Part shown: piece by piece, positions 13,443 to 26,830 of the stretch
Layout of the letters: each line of letters opens with the position of its first letter
Numbering within the stretch: the stretch's first letter is position 1
NCBI GenBank assembly: GCA_024137785.1
Contig: JAHRHZ010000218.1
Location: 10,129,624 to 10,193,623, forward strand
DNA from: Ginglymostoma cirratum
Taxonomy: Eukaryota
Reading direction: 5' to 3'
Length of the DNA stretch: 64,000 bases
Program-made: the position numbers and the translations under genes
The notes under the pieces: model-generated
Databases searched by the model: none
The model's input: the letters and a program-made list of their open reading frames with translations, nothing else
Told to the model about the DNA's origin: nothing

Positions 13443-15975
13443 GATGGGTGTTGTGCGTGGGCCTCCTAGCAGTAGTCAGGATGTGGGAGGAAAATAAATC
13501 AGGAGACAGGAAAGGCATATGACAGAGGCATTATTACAGTAATCATGGGGAACCTCAACATGCAGGTGGACTGGGAAAAGTAGGCTTATAGTGATCTCAA
13601 GTAAAGGAAATCAAGGGATGTCTACACACTTCTGGGGGAGTTTGTAGTAAAGCCAACAGGGAACAGGCAATTCTGAATTTGGTAATGAAAGATTAGGCTA
13701 ACTTGATTAGGGAGCTTAAGGTGAAGGAACCCCTAAGGAACAGTGACAATGAAATGATAGAATTCATCCTTCAATTTGAGAGGGAGAAGCTGTAATCAGA
13801 TATAATGTTACTACAGTTGAGTAAAAATAATGACAAAGTTATGAGGGATGAGCTGGCCAGAGGTGATTGGAAAGGAAGCCTAGCAAGGAACTGGTGGAGC
13901 AGCAATGTTAGGAATTTCTGATGGTAATTTGGGATGCCAAGTGGAAATTCATCCCAATGAAGAAGAAACATAATAAGGCAATGTGGCTGACAAGGAAGTC
14001 AGAGATAGCATAAAAGCAAAAATTAAAGTATGCAATGTGCTGAAGATTACTGGGAAGCCAGAGGATTAGGAAATCTTTAAAAACCAGCAGTGGATGACTA
14101 AAAAGGGGGGAATGACATGAAATATGAGAGTCAGCTAATTAGTAATATAAAAGAAGATTGCAAGAGTTTTTTTTAGATATCTAAAAGGTAAGAAAGAGGC
14201 AAGAGTAGATGTTCGACTACTGGAAAATGAGGCTATGAAGTAGTAACAGGGAACAAAAAAAAAGCAGAGGAACTGCTGTTTTGCATCATTTTCACAGTGG
14301 AAGCCATGAGCAGCATTCCAGAACTTCAAGTGAGCTGGGGGCAGAGGTGAGTGTAGTGTCCATCACTAAGGAGAAGGTGCTGGGGAAGCTGAAAGGTGTG
14401 AAGGTGGATAAATAACCTGGACCAGATGGACTATACTCCAGAGTTCTGAAGAAGAAAGCTGAGGAGATTGTGGAGGCATTGGTGGTGATCTTTCAGGAAT
14501 CATTGGAGTCAGGGAGATTCCCAGAAGACTGGAAAATGGCAAATGTAACACTCATGTCTAAGAAGGGAGGGAGGCGGAAGACAAGAAACTATAGGCTGGG
14601 TAGTCACCCAACCACGGTTATTGGTAAGATCCTAGAGACTGTTATTGGGGATGAGATTGCAGAGTACTTGGAACTGCAAGTAAAACAGGCTGAATCGGCA
14701 TGGCTTTATCAAGGACGTGTCATACCTGACAAATCTGTTACAATTCTTATAGGATTTAATAAGCAAGTTAGACAAATGAGAGCCAGTGGACGTGAACTAT
14801 TTGGATTTCCCGAAGACTGTCGACAAGTTGCCACACAGGAGGCTGCTAAACAAGATAAGAGCCTACTGTGTTAGGGGCAAGGTGCTGGCATGGATAGAGG
14901 ATTGGCTGACTGGTAGAAGGCAGAGATAGGGATGAAGGGGTATTTTTCAGGACGGCAGCTGGTGATTAGTGGAGCTCTGCAGGGGTCCATGCTGGGGTCA
15001 CACATATTTATGTTATACATTAACAATCTGGATGAAAGAACAAGGGCATTTTCGGTAAGTTGCAGATGACACAAAGCTAGGACAGCAGTGTGGAGGAAGT
15101 GGAGAGGCTGCAGAAGGACTTGGATATGCTAGGAGAGTGGGCAAAGAAGTTGTAGATGGAATACGTTGTGAGAAAGTATGAGGTTATGCACTTTGGCTAA
15201 AAGAATAGAGGCATAGTTCATTTTCTAAACGGGGAAAGGCTTCAGAAATCTGAAGCACAAAGAGATTTAGGACCCCTAGTTTAGGATTCTCTTAAAGTTA
15301 AGATATAGGTTTAGCTGGTAGTTAGGAAGGCAAATGCAATGTTGGCATTCTTTTGAAGAAGGCTGGAATACAAGAGCAGAGATGTACTGATGAGGCTGTA
15401 TAAGTCTTTGGTCAGACCACATTTGGAATATTGTGAGCTGCTGTGGACCCTGTATCTAAGGAGGGGTGTGCTGGCATTGCTGGGAGTTCAGAGGATGTTT
15501 AGAAGAATGATTGTGGGGATGAAGGGCTTGTCATATGAGGAGCAATTGAGGACTCTGGGTGTATACTTGATGGAGTTTAGAAGGATGAGGAGGGATCACA
15601 TTGAAACTTACTGAATCATGAGAGGCCTGGATACAGTGGACTTGGAGAAGATGTTTCCACATGTAGGAGAGACTAGGACCCATAGGAACAGCCTCAGAGT
15701 GAAGTGATGACTCTTTAGAATGGAGATGAGGAATTTCTTTAGCCAGCAAGTGGTTGATCTATAAAATTCATTACTGCAGAACTGTGGAGGCCAAGTCATT
15801 AAATACATTTAAAACAGAGGTAGATACAGTTTTGATTAGTAAGGACATCAATGGTTACAGGGAGAAGGCAAGAGAACGAATTGAGAAAAATATTAGCATG
15901 ATTGAATGGCAGAGCAGACTTGATGGACCAAATGACCTGATTCTGCTGCTATATCTTTCGATCTTATGGTTTTAC
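13443..15975 (+). mobile_element. 5'-truncated CR1 LINE (late APE endonuclease + RT + 3' UTR), pseudogenised
   Basis: IMGNLNMQVDW-like APE motif; FQESLESGRFPEDWKMANVT; QGSMLG; ADDTK-like segment; LYKSLVRPHLEYC; tail tcttatggt; many frameshifts and stops. Confidence 0.95.
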
Positions 15976-16003
15976 AGCCTTACTGCAAGTATATCCTTCC
16001 TTT

Positions 16004-16225
16004 TAGGGAGTCAGTTAGTTCAGTTGACTGGATGGCTGGTTTGCTATACAGAGTGATATCAACAGTGTGGGTTCAATTCTAACACCAGCTGAGATCATCA
16101 TGAAGGTTCCATCCTCTTGTCCTCACCTGAGGCATGATAACCCTCAGGTTAAAATCACTACCTATTGTCTCTCTAATGTAGGAAAGCAGCCTTATGGTCC
16201 CCTGGGCTTGTGGCTGCTTCTGCCA
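16004..16225 (+). mobile_element. tRNA-derived SINE (family D)
   Basis: Head ttagttcagttg...gtgggttcaattc; core cctgaggcatgataaccctcaggttaaa; reverse copies at 49815 and 60758. Confidence 0.8.
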
Positions 16226-16234
16226 TATTGATAG

Positions 16235-16935
16235 CTTTCCTTTACAATGGAGAATAAATTGTACACAGGCTGCCAAGTATGATCTCACCAAAACTCTGTA
16301 TAATTGTAGCAAAACATCTTCATTACAAGGGTATTGGAGTACAAGCATAAAGGCTAGCATGTTTTTGCCTTACTAATTGCTTGCTGTGCTAACTTTCTAT
16401 GTTTCTTGTTCAAGTCTTTTCAAGTATCTCTAAACACCAACATTTATAAGTTCCACACCTTTCATGAATATTTTGCTCCTTTCTTCTTACAAACGTTGTG
16501 AATAGCTTCATACTTTCCCTTATTATATTCTATGCGCCATATTATTGTCCAATCACATAACTTGCCCCTATCTCTTTGCAGTCTATGGCCTCCTCACAAG
16601 TTACATTCTCATCTAGCTTTGTATCATCAGCAAGTTTAGATGTATTACTCTCTGTCTTTGTCCACATCATTAATATAGATTGTAGAAATTGAGATCTCAG
16701 CACTGATCCTTGCAGCACTTTGCTTGCCACAGCCTGTCAACTTGAGAATGCCCTCTGTGTACCTTCTCTTTGCTTCATGTAATTATCCAATGTTCCAATC
16801 ATACTAATTTATTACGCTCAACCCCACAAACCTTTGCACTCACCATTTACTCCTGATGTGTAGCATTGTATCAAATGCCTTTAGGAAATCAGATACACCA
16901 TACCTTTGTCTATCCTATTATTTTTGTTTATTTAT
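16235..16935 (-). mobile_element. CR1 LINE RT fragment
   Basis: VLQGSVLRSQ, SKLADDTKL and LLQLYRVLVRSYL motifs in ORFs 16542-16730 and 16079-16360. Confidence 0.85.
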
Positions 16936-17157
16936 TGGGGTCATCTTCTTCCCGGAAGGTTGACTGTCATAGAAACTCACATTTATCTGTCTTGTGATGC
17001 CTTTACACATTCCACAAGGTCAAAAGCATCCAGTTTATTGCACCTATCATCTATTTTCTTCTCTGTCCCCTTCTCTTACATTCTCTGTTGATTTTCCTTT
17101 CCAATAACTGTCTTGTATACCATTTACTATAATGTTGTATCCAAAGCATTTAACATT

Positions 17158-17785
17158 TGTTATGAACTAGACCAGAACCCCTTCCCCCAGCCAAAGGATT
17201 GTAAAGAGATAATCTAGATCCTAACATTTATGTATTTGTTTAAATGCAAGTGCAAGGTGCTCTGTATCAGATGAAATTCAATTAGTCCAGCACTAAGCTT
17301 TAATCAAACACATGTTTTATTCTTACAACATAGTTAAAGTGCAAAAAAAATTGGTATAACTTTAACTCTATTGAAATACTTAACAATATAATGTATTATT
17401 TAACCACTAATCATCAACTGCTCCACTGTAGGCAGTATTAAACAAACACATCTTTTGGCAAAAATGCAGTTCACCCAAATCGTTCTGATTCTAACATGCT
17501 GTCACTCTCCCATCCAGGAGAAAGAAACAATCTGTTCCTTCTGATTTACAGAAGAAGAAGCCTTCACTCCATCAGCTAGCAAAAATCTTCAACTAACTGA
17601 AAGCAAAACTATAAACCTGGTCAGTCTGAGCCCTGACTCCACACACTCATGATTCATTTGTCTCATTTTATAAAGCACCCAAGGAGAACTCCAAAGCTGT
17701 TTACTGACAGCCTATCCAAAGGAGATATTTCAGCACCACTATAATAATGTCCCTCTGCAAGAGAAAAAGGCACAATTTCATCACA
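17158..17785 (-). mobile_element. Solo LTR (Gypsy-like), reverse orientation
   Basis: TGT...ACA ends; the left end is the reverse-complement homolog of 30540-30736; flanks acatt/tcatt. Confidence 0.6.
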
Positions 17786-19079
17786 TCATTCTCTCTTTGA
17801 TGTTGTGCACTAATTTTTCATTTTTTCAGTAAGTTCTAACACTTACTACGTTCATAGGACATGTGGAATATCTTCCTTTATCTCCATATGCCTAATTCAA
17901 TCAGCTTAATAATAGACCTTTTCCCTGGTGCCCATGCCTCTAAAGCATATAATTTAGATAGCGAAGTGTAGCACTTCAACATTCTCTTGCTAAGATCCAA
18001 GTTTTATTTCCATAACATTAACAGATCCTTCATTTTTAAAGGCAACCTTAGCTATCTCAATTCTCTTTCAGATCTTACAGTTACATAATGTGCCCAAGAT
18101 ACATGAACCTGATTCAGGATTTGCCCATTTATTTCAATTTTTAACTTCCAAGGTTACTGTTTATCACCACTGTCTTGGTCTTCTTCAAATTTGATCTTAA
18201 TCTTCACTTCTTGCTCTCACATTTTTTTGTAATTTTGCGTACATCTCTTCTGACACTACAATCAGTCACCTGTATAACATAAGCAGTTGGCATTCAAAAC
18301 TCTCTGTTCCCCTTGCAACCTGGTAAATCGGTTCAAACAATTAATCCTTAACAAAACTTAATTGCTGTTTAAGAAATAAGGTTTATTTTTCACGTAAGCA
18401 AAGTTCATGTAAGGCTTCTAAACAATTTTTGCTCTTTCCAAACTGCTTTTTAAGTATAAATTTGTATTTAATAACTATATAACTAAACTTCCTGATTTAT
18501 TAAACTACTTCCTAATATAATTTCCTGGCAAAAGCATAACTACTGTATTATTTATAATCAAAACAAAAAATCAGCAACGAAAGGAGAAAAATCACAGCTA
18601 ATTCTTTCAGTCTGAACTCTCAAACAATCTAAAATCTCAATACCATCTGCAAAAAATGTCTTGCTGCAGAAAAGTCGCCATGCAATGGGTATTTCCCTCT
18701 GTAAGCGTTATGATGATTTCACGTCTTTCTTCATATGGAATGGCTTGTGACTAACTCCGGATGAACCACTGGATAGGAAAAGAATTGGACTGAAAGTCAT
18801 TTAAATGTGGATGGTTTCTTCACATAATATAACAAAACTGAAGCATCTTCTGCGCAATATGCACATTTTAAGAGGGCAACATTCAAATTGACAGACTATA
18901 GAAATTTGTTGAGCTCATTCTTCTGGAATAGAAATGTCGGATGATGCATTCGACTGACATCTAATAGGGAGGAGAGACAATGAGAATAAAGATCTTTATC
19001 TGCAAAGAAAAGTCAAACTTGTAGCCCAGAGCAGTGATTTGGGTGCAATCAAGCAGATTGTGTCAGGAAGTGACAGACT

Positions 19080-20190
19080 TTAATTACAGTAAAGACAGGA
19101 CTGGGGTGAGGGGTGGGTTGTGAAAATAGAGAAGGAGATAAAGACAAGATGTAGAAAGCATCTTCGCTGAGAAAATCAGAATGTAGAATCACTTTGGATG
19201 GAGCCTATACAAACAAAAAGCAGAAAGTATTGGTGAAAATAGTTTATCAACTTATTAATGGTGATATAATATTTTTTGGAGTATAAATCAGAAAATTAAT
19301 GGAACATATAATAAAGACAATTAAAGAACCAATGGGACTTTAATATTCATATGGATTTGGCAAACTTAATTTGCAAAAGTAGCTCAGAACTGAACTCATG
19401 CAATATATTTGAGACAGATTTCTCAGACAATATGTTTGAAAACCAAGGACAGATCAGGGTTAATTACTAATCTCATAATAAAGAATTATTTGGGAAGAAT
19501 GACTATAATATGAGGGAATTATATTTAAAGCTTAGATGTTATGTGGCCGCATGAGATTCAGGCTGTTAAATTTAAACAGGGACAATTTTGAGGGCATGAA
19601 GATGAGTTGGCTGAGTAGGTTGGGAAGTTATAGAGTATCATGACACTTACATATTGGCAATTATAAAATGGAGCACTTCATAATTCTAAATAAATATACT
19701 TAACCTTGAGAAATAAAATCTCCACTGAAAATATAATTCAATTTTGATCTAACTTGAGAAGTTAAAGGTAGTATTGGCTTAAAAACAATGTTGGCAATGG
19801 CATGGTCAATATTTGGGAGAGTTTTAAAAAGTAAAACATAACCAAGAAATTCATGCAAATTGAGAAAATAGCAAATGAATGCAAGCTAACAATAAATGTA
19901 TTGTAGGTTTCAAAATTACGCAAAAAAGAACATATTAGTGTAAACAAGTTTAAGTGCCTTGGAGACAAGAGGTGTGAAACTATAATGGTGAATCAAGAAA
20001 TAGCAGAGATGTACAACAAATATTTTATACCTGCCCACATAGCAAGGGCACAAAAAATGTCATATTGTCAAGAATTAGCTTGACAGGAAATATGGACAGA
20101 GGTGACAAAAAAACAAACAGCTGAAAGAGGGAGAAAGAGGAAGGGGAGAAGGCCTTCAGCCTGAGACTGTACCCACTCAATTCTTAAGGG
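19080..20190 (+). mobile_element. Heavily decayed CR1 LINE (APE region)
   Basis: gaaaatcagaatgtagaatcactttggatggag (ESxWxE) and atgggactttaatattcat (GDFNxH); same layout as 13443-14450. Confidence 0.7.
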
Positions 20191-20199
20191 AGCAAATAT

Positions 20200-20576
20200 T
20201 CAGTCCCAACTCTACCAAAGAAGAATATCAGTGATATCAGTGATGCCTGCATTTCACTAAGGACGTGCTCTCTGAAACCTACCAATTGTTGCAGGCAGAA
20301 CTGTAGCCTCACAGCAGAGGATGCTCAGCTTTGCTAATAGTGGTAAAGGTGACTATGATTATGAACATTCATCCATTAGGCTCCTTCCAGACTGGTGCAG
20401 ACAATATTTGCAACATTTCCAGGCCACTGTCCGCAATTGTGGAAGTCATTGAGGATTTGCTTGCAATAAGCACTCAATACACTCATTCTCTTTGGCTAGG
20501 AGAAGCAGGCCAAATGAGCACATGGTTTCATTAACAAGGATAACAGGTGTGCTACACAGTATTATATTGTCCATGC
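20200..20576 (+). pseudogene. Harbinger (HARBI1-like) transposase fossil, N-terminal half
   Basis: VVKVTMIMNIHPLGSFQTGADNICNIS matches the xVKVTxALNFxASGSFQ...DICNISQ motif; continues at about 23354. Confidence 0.8.
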
Positions 20577-21951
20577 CAGTGGTCTCCAAGGTCTTTAAAC
20601 ACAAGATCACTTCTTTGAAATTCAGTGAAACTCAGGATCTACCCTGAAGAAAATATGGAATAAACATCTTGACTTTACTGCTGAATATATAAAAACTAAT
20701 TACATTTAATTATTCACTTTTCCTGTACTCACTGATTCTCAGTGTGACATCAATGACTCTATATTATCTGCCAGTGCATTGAAGTCTGGAATGCAGTTTT
20801 GGGTGCGAGTCATATATTGTCCAGCAAATGTATACCTGTGAGGGGATGTGATACTTGGACTTCATTATACTCATTTGGGAGAATGTTGTCTCTGTGAAGA
20901 ATGTGTAACCAAAGTAAGGTTTTACTTTAGAAACACAGGGTGATAAAAGAGGGTGGTTTCCTCTGTTCATCTGCCCTCATGTTCCCTGATCTGACCTCCA
21001 ACTCAGTTACTTTCTGCTTAATTATTATCTCCATATCAACTCCATTGTTTTGTAAATCAAAAATCAGATGGAATTTGGTAGCCAACCCAGTCATGCTCAC
21101 TTGAAGGAATGGATTTGAGACAAACATGGCAATTTGTTCCATCATGTCCAATTCCTGAAATCACTTGCTGAATTCCTTTGCAAACTTCCTCAGGTGCGCA
21201 CAATGTTTTCTAGATGGAGCCATTTTTCTTTGTCTTTGATTATTTCCTGGCATTTTGTCCAAACTCAGCAAGTATTGCAGTGTTTAATTTGTTAATTGGG
21301 AGAACCACAGACCCAGTTTCAATGCATGTGCAGCACTGATCATTTGTGTTAAGCCTGTCCTTTACCTAAAGTTCACAGTTCAGCTTGCTCAGTTTCAACA
21401 TTATGTCTGTAAAGAACTCAAAGTCGAACAACCACGTATTGTTTGATAATTCACTGCACGCTTCACTCCTGATTTAAGAAACATGACAATTTCAGACAAC
21501 AGACTTAAAAATCTTTGCAGGACCTTCCCTTGATTTAACCACCTCACATCAGCATGGAGAATTAGATCACTATAGGTAACATCAAGTTTGTCGAGTAAGA
21601 ATTTAAACAAATGGTGCTGGATAATTCTTCTCAATTCAAATGTACAATAACCTTCATTACTTGAGAAAAAGTCATAACTTTACTCGCTAATGCTGAGCAC
21701 TGGGTTATACAGTGGTTACTGACAAAGGAGAGGAAGTCAGAAACGTTTCTGCAAGTTGAAGTAAAGCCCACATTTGCACCAATGTATGGCATCGCTATCA
21801 GTTGGGATGGAAACCAATTTCTTGACTGGAATGTTATTCTCAATGTTATGTGCATTTTGAATTTGTGATAGGTAGCCTCGCTCCTTATTCTCTCTTTTGG
21901 GGCAATACAGTGAAAAGATCTTCTTTAGTTGTTGTCCTCAAAGTCCATAAA

Positions 21952-22280
21952 GGACGAGGCAATGACCTAGTAGTATTATCGCTGGACTGTTAACCAGAGA
22001 CCAGATGGCAGATGGTGGAATTTGAATTCAATAAATATCTGGAATTAAGAGTCTAATGATGACTGTGAATCCATTGTCGATTGTCAGAAAAACCCATCTG
22101 GTTCACTAATGTCCTTTAGGGAAGGAAACTGCTATCCTTAATGTGGTCTGGCCTACATGTGACTCTAGACCCACAGCAATGTGTGGTTGACTCTTAACTG
22201 CCCTCTGGGCAATTAGGGATGGGCAATAAATGCTGACTAGCCAGCAATGCCCTCATCCCATGAATGAATAAAGAAAAAAA
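21952..22280 (+). mobile_element. tRNA-derived SINE (family B) nested in the hAT element
   Basis: Homologous to 8085-8419; tail gggcaattagggatgggcaataaatgctg...catcccatgaatgaataaag. Confidence 0.9.
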
Positions 22281-22612
22281 ATACACGCCAAAACTATTGG
22301 CTGAGCTGTGTCAGTTGTGTTGATTGACACATCACTATGTGGTGAGAAGCTTTCACAGTTCTTCAGGTCTTGCTGTAGTTGATGAAAGACATCTTCGGAC
22401 AAAGATTCCACTCATCATACTCGTGTGAAATCACCAAGGACATGCTCTGGATTGCTGTAAACATTTCTCCTTTATTCTTGAAAGAATCGTTGAAGAAAGA
22501 ATCAGCGACTACAGTGATTGCTTCTTTACTTACTTATCTTTTACAGCTGTAACAGAAATTCATTTTCGCCTTCCATGTGGAAGTTGTACATTTTCATTTT
22601 GAATGGTCCAGG

Positions 22613-22850
22613 GTCAATGATCATCATCATTGCTTCACCTTGCAGATGGTGCTGTCACTCAGCCATTGGTCACACTGAAGGTTGCCCTCTGGATCCTCAT
22701 CTCTGGAACATCCAGAAAGTTGCTGCTGCCTTTTTGGATCAGGGCATCATTTCTATCTATAATTTGTTTCCGGAGTCCCTGGGTGACTTCTGTTGTTTGG
22801 ATATTGCGTGAGGCGCGTGGAGTATCCCCCATAATTTTTCTTCATCTCTC
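22613..22850 (-). mobile_element. RTE LINE 3' fragment nested in the hAT element
   Basis: Minus-strand tail ...caatgatgatgat like the RTE end near 47700; degraded C-terminal peptide VTQGLRK...DALIQK. Confidence 0.5.
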
Positions 22851-23198
22851 ACAGACCCATTAGATAAACAGCTGATGAAAAGAAACTGCAAGTCTGCAGA
22901 GAGCAAGTAGAGGAGTGAGACAATTTGGGCTGCTGTTTCTGAGAGTCCGCATGAATATGATGGGCTGAAAAGCCTCCTTTGTTTCTGGTACTGTAATATA
23001 CTGGCTTCACACATCAGTTCCTAGTGTATTTCTTATTCATTTGATTGTTCTGTCAAAACTTACTTTATCCTGCAATGATACACAATCCTGATGAAACTGA
23101 AACTTGAGGCAACAAATTGGCATAGCCTGTTAAAAAAGCATGCATATTTCTCTAGCCGCGTGTCTTCTGGAAGTGGAACTCATGCAGCAACATGCTGA

Positions 23199-23200
<2 letters not shown>

Positions 23201-23233
<33 letters not shown>
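23201..23233. repeat. (TG)16 microsatellite
   Basis: Read directly from the sequence. Confidence 0.98.
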
Positions 23234-23234
<1 letters not shown>

Positions 23235-23353
23235 GAGGGAATGTTGGTGGATGGCAACGTTGACTGTCAGATACACTTGCAGCGAGGAAAGTGGGTTGGG
23301 CTGAGAGATCAATTGTGAGAGATCCTGCACTCACTTCCCATCTTTGTGTTGAA

Positions 23354-23560
23354 GTCCATGGGACTACATGCATGTCAGTTTGAGGCATTGTGATGAAGTG
23401 CAACCAGAATGGATTTCACTCCTTCACTGTACAGCTGGTGGCGGCCATACTCAGCTTGGCATCCTGAGGGCTGGACTACAAGAATTGCTACACTTGTATG
23501 ATCCACAACTGGTAAATCAAAGGTTACAGGATGACGACGAAGTGGTAAGTGTGGAGGAGG
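23354..23560 (+). pseudogene. Harbinger transposase fossil, continuation
   Basis: DYMHVSLR (~DCTHVALR) and NQNGFHSFTVQLV (~NRKGFHSLNVQLV). Confidence 0.75.
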
Positions 23561-23944
23561 TAAGAGCACTGTTGCTGGCCATTATGTTAGTTTCCGTGGG
23601 GATGGAAAGTGCTGAGGACATGTGTCCGTGCTTAGACCCCCCTGCCTATGGTTATGTGCTATCTTGTTCTGTGAAGTGAATGTGGTGCAATTTTGGGTAT
23701 TCCGTCTGGTTGAAAAGCTTGAAATATGCAGAAATTGTGGGTGTTACAGCAATGATAACTGTGAAGGACAGGTGAAACTATGAATCTAAGTATAAATCAT
23801 GTTTTATAGATATTTTTGAAGGGCAAATGAGTACCTTATTATCATTGCAATGAGGAAGTAGCACAATATTTGAGTGCTGCCTGTATTTAAAGGAAGAGGT
23901 ATGTGTTAATCATGCTTCTTAAAGCCCTGTCTATGTCCCCTTCA

Positions 23945-23968
23945 ATTAGATTAGATTAGATTAGATTA
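23945..23968. repeat. (ATTAG)n pentanucleotide repeat, probably a retroposon tail
   Basis: attagattagattagattagatta. Confidence 0.85.
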
Positions 23969-23984
23969 TGTTCCTTTGGACCAG

Positions 23985-24790
23985 CTAAATGAATGGACAA
24001 GGGAGTGGCGGCTGGAACATTATGTAGTAAAATTTGAAATTACCCATTTTGGTAGGAAGAATGGAAATACAGAATATTTCTTAATAAGTTGAGAGACGAG
24101 CAGTAAATTTTGGTATTCAAAGGGAACCAAGGGCCTTTGTACATGACTAAGAAAGTGATTAGTACAAGAAATGACCTGTTGGATATTACAAGAGGGTTGG
24201 AGTATCATGTAAGAATGTTTAGCTGAAGCTAATTAAGGAGTTTGTGAGATCATACTTCGAGTACTGACTGTGTTGGTCAGGATGTACTTAGCCTAGTGAT
24301 GTGTAAATAAGAGTTTGCTGTTGATTTCTGGGATGAGAAGTTTGTTCCTTGAGGAGATATCAAATTGAATAGACTTGACTCTCCAGAGTTGAGAAAAATG
24401 AGAGGTTCTGTCATTGAAGTGTACAATATTGTGAAGTGGATTGACAGGGAAGATTCTGAAAGACTGTCCCACAAGTTAGAAAGACTCAAGTTAGAGTTCA
24501 TGATCTCAGTATAACAGATCAGTCATTGTTGACTGATGTGGAGGGTTTTCTTACTCAATGGGCTTGTACATCTTTCAAATTCTCTAAAAAGCCAAAGGCT
24601 GTGGTTGTGCAGTTGATGAGTATATTTAAGGCTGAAATTCTTAGATTTTGGGGCCTAAGGAATCAAGGGATATGGAGATAGTGCAGGAAAGTTGGATTGA
24701 TTTTGAAGCTCAGTGACAATCGCATGGCAAATTAGATTTGAGGAACCGTATAGCTGACCTCGCTTAAATTTTTTATTATCTTACATCCTC
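23985..24790 (+). mobile_element. CR1 LINE 3' portion
   Basis: cattttggtaggaagaat, gatcatacttcgagtactg, aggaatcaagggatatggaga; collinear with 15130-15970. Confidence 0.85.
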
Positions 24791-25539
24791 ATGGAATGAA
24801 ACTTTCATTGTGTCATTGGATACTGATCAGATCACAAAAAGGAAAAGATAACTTGGCAAATTGAAAGCCTAGTTGGCTTCCAGGTGGGAAAGTGCACATC
24901 AGGGGGCTTCAGCCAGAGATCTGTATGGGCATCCTGGAAACAGGAAGAAGAGAAATTTGGCACTTGAGTTTTGAAGAGGTTGTCGGCCATGGCATGACAC
25001 TAGTGATCAATAATTCTGGCATAGAGACTAGTTTTCATGATTTGGTTGGGAGGCCAGCTGCAGAGGCATCATGATCGGTTGGGACAGAAGTGGGCAGAAT
25101 CCATCCGAAATTGGCATAGCAACCGTGAAATTGACATTGAGCTCCCAATTGCACAGTGGAGGCCAGATTTAAAGATGTTAATGAAGTGTCAAGCCTTTCT
25201 ACAGGAAGAAATTTTGATTCCTTGAAATCTGCCACCAAAAAATTAGCAATGAGCAGGTATTAAATGCTATAGGGTGTACATTTCACTTTTAAGCCCCTTC
25301 TCAAACCTTTCCCGTCATTGTGGTTGTCAATATCAAGGTGACTTTGTCTCCTCAGCCAGAAAGACAAGTCATCATAAGAAAAACATTAAAAGTCAAAGGC
25401 TAACAAAAGTTGTTTGTTTAAGATCTACTGTGAACAAGCATAGCGATCGAGTGTTAATGAAGAATAAATGGTCTAGGGATAGATGGAATCTTTGAATTCA
25501 TTCACACTCAGCAAGGAGCAGTGAATTTGCCACCAGTGA

Positions 25540-26200
25540 AGAATGGTGCAATATCCAGTTTTATGCCAGGTTTCCTGGATGACTACCCGGATTTGTGCCC
25601 ACATATCCCTTGTGAATAGAGCGAAGAAAGGAGAAAGAGAACAACCAGTGTCAGCACAATGAACAACCACTGAAGCTGAAAAAGATACTAATATTCCAAG
25701 ACATGATGTGTAAGGGTTATGTGGAAATATTGGCAATTTTAGCCTGGTTACAATCACTGAGGAGCACCTTAAGCATAAATAACACCCATTTGAAAAATGA
25801 CAGCAGGAACAGCTTGGAAACACGGTGGAGGATGATGCATTGCCTAGATTAAAACAAAAAGAAATGAGTGAAAAGGATAAGATAACAAAGAAAATATAAG
25901 AAAATCTTGGAGAAAAATAGAATCTACTCTTTCAGTAGATCCACCAAGATTGAAAGATAAATTATGGAGGGGGAAGCAGCAGAAGGAAATGAAAAACAGT
26001 ACTTTGAGTACAGACAAAAGGACGTAAGTAAATTTGGACCTTTCCTATGGACAGACAGTAAGATTTGAATTAGGAGGAGGAACATGTAAGGTATTATATT
26101 AATAATGACTTTTAGAGACTAGTGTGAAAAATACTCACTTGATCTTTGCTCAGTTCCCAGTGTGAGTTGCAATAAGTTGCTGTAGCTCAGCCAATTAATA
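25540..26200 (+). mobile_element. Possible Gypsy 3' end with polypurine tract and LTR start
   Basis: A-rich coding-like tract ending in taggaggaggaaca|tgtaagg at about 26085. Confidence 0.35.
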
Positions 26201-26559
26201 AGTTTAAAACCATGCAGGGTGCAAGATTCATAAATAGGAAGTCTCGACTCACTTTGCATACATTGACATTCTTTGGAGTGAGATTTTTACTAAGTAAAAC
26301 TTAATCACCTGCTCAGAATTTGAATCAGGCCCAAATACATCAATGATTTTCTCCTGAATTATCATTTCTAAAAGATTAATTTGTGGAGCCTCTCCACTTT
26401 TATATCGTAGTGAATTTCAGCAAGACAGCAGATATTGTTTGCATATGGCTTATAGGTAGGATGTCAAATCTGTACCAGAGGACCACAATTTCGGGTTAAA
26501 ATGGACCTAACAACTGAAACAACTTTGGATAGCCAATGGTTTGCTGCTTTCCTCATACA

Positions 26560-26830
26560 CAGCTTCATCAATGGTGTTACCAATATGGAAAGATGGTCAA
26601 CCATATTTAGAAGATGGTACGGTTTTATTAACCAGCATAAGACAACAAAAACATCCCCCTGGGATTAATGTTATTCATGGATATCAAGTCAGAATACTAA
26701 AATAAGGCTCAAGAACTAAAATCTCTCCAGGCCTCAATATACAAACTTGACATTGGTCCAAGCCCAAGCTCTAAACAGCTTTGGAATCGAGCTAGACTCA
26801 AAACCATAGTGATCAAAACATGCTAACAAC
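26560..26830 (+). mobile_element. Very old non-LTR RT fragment
   Basis: aatggtgttacc (~GVPQ) and ttattcatggata (~LFADD) at roughly RT-like spacing; heavily decayed. Confidence 0.3.

Larger units (their letters stand above)
20577..23353 (-). mobile_element. hAT (Charlie/GTF2IRD2-like) DNA transposon fossil
   Basis: Left TIR cagtggtctccaa; minus-strand peptides DTAQ, HCITQCSAL, DLILHADVRWLNQGKVLQRF, FGYTFFTETTFSQMSIMKSKY; flanks gtccatgc/gtccatgg. Confidence 0.9.

Noticed and set aside
13020-13500. Twin-priming inversion of the large CR1
   Set aside because: The inverted piece is a 3'-end fragment of a different CR1 copy, not the missing 5' part
20764-21855. Functional GTF2IRD2/ZBED host gene
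   Set aside because: Broken into several frames, interrupted by a SINE and bounded by a transposon TIR
23368-23679. 103-aa ORF as a novel protein
   Set aside because: Mostly an off-frame read of the Harbinger transposase remnant
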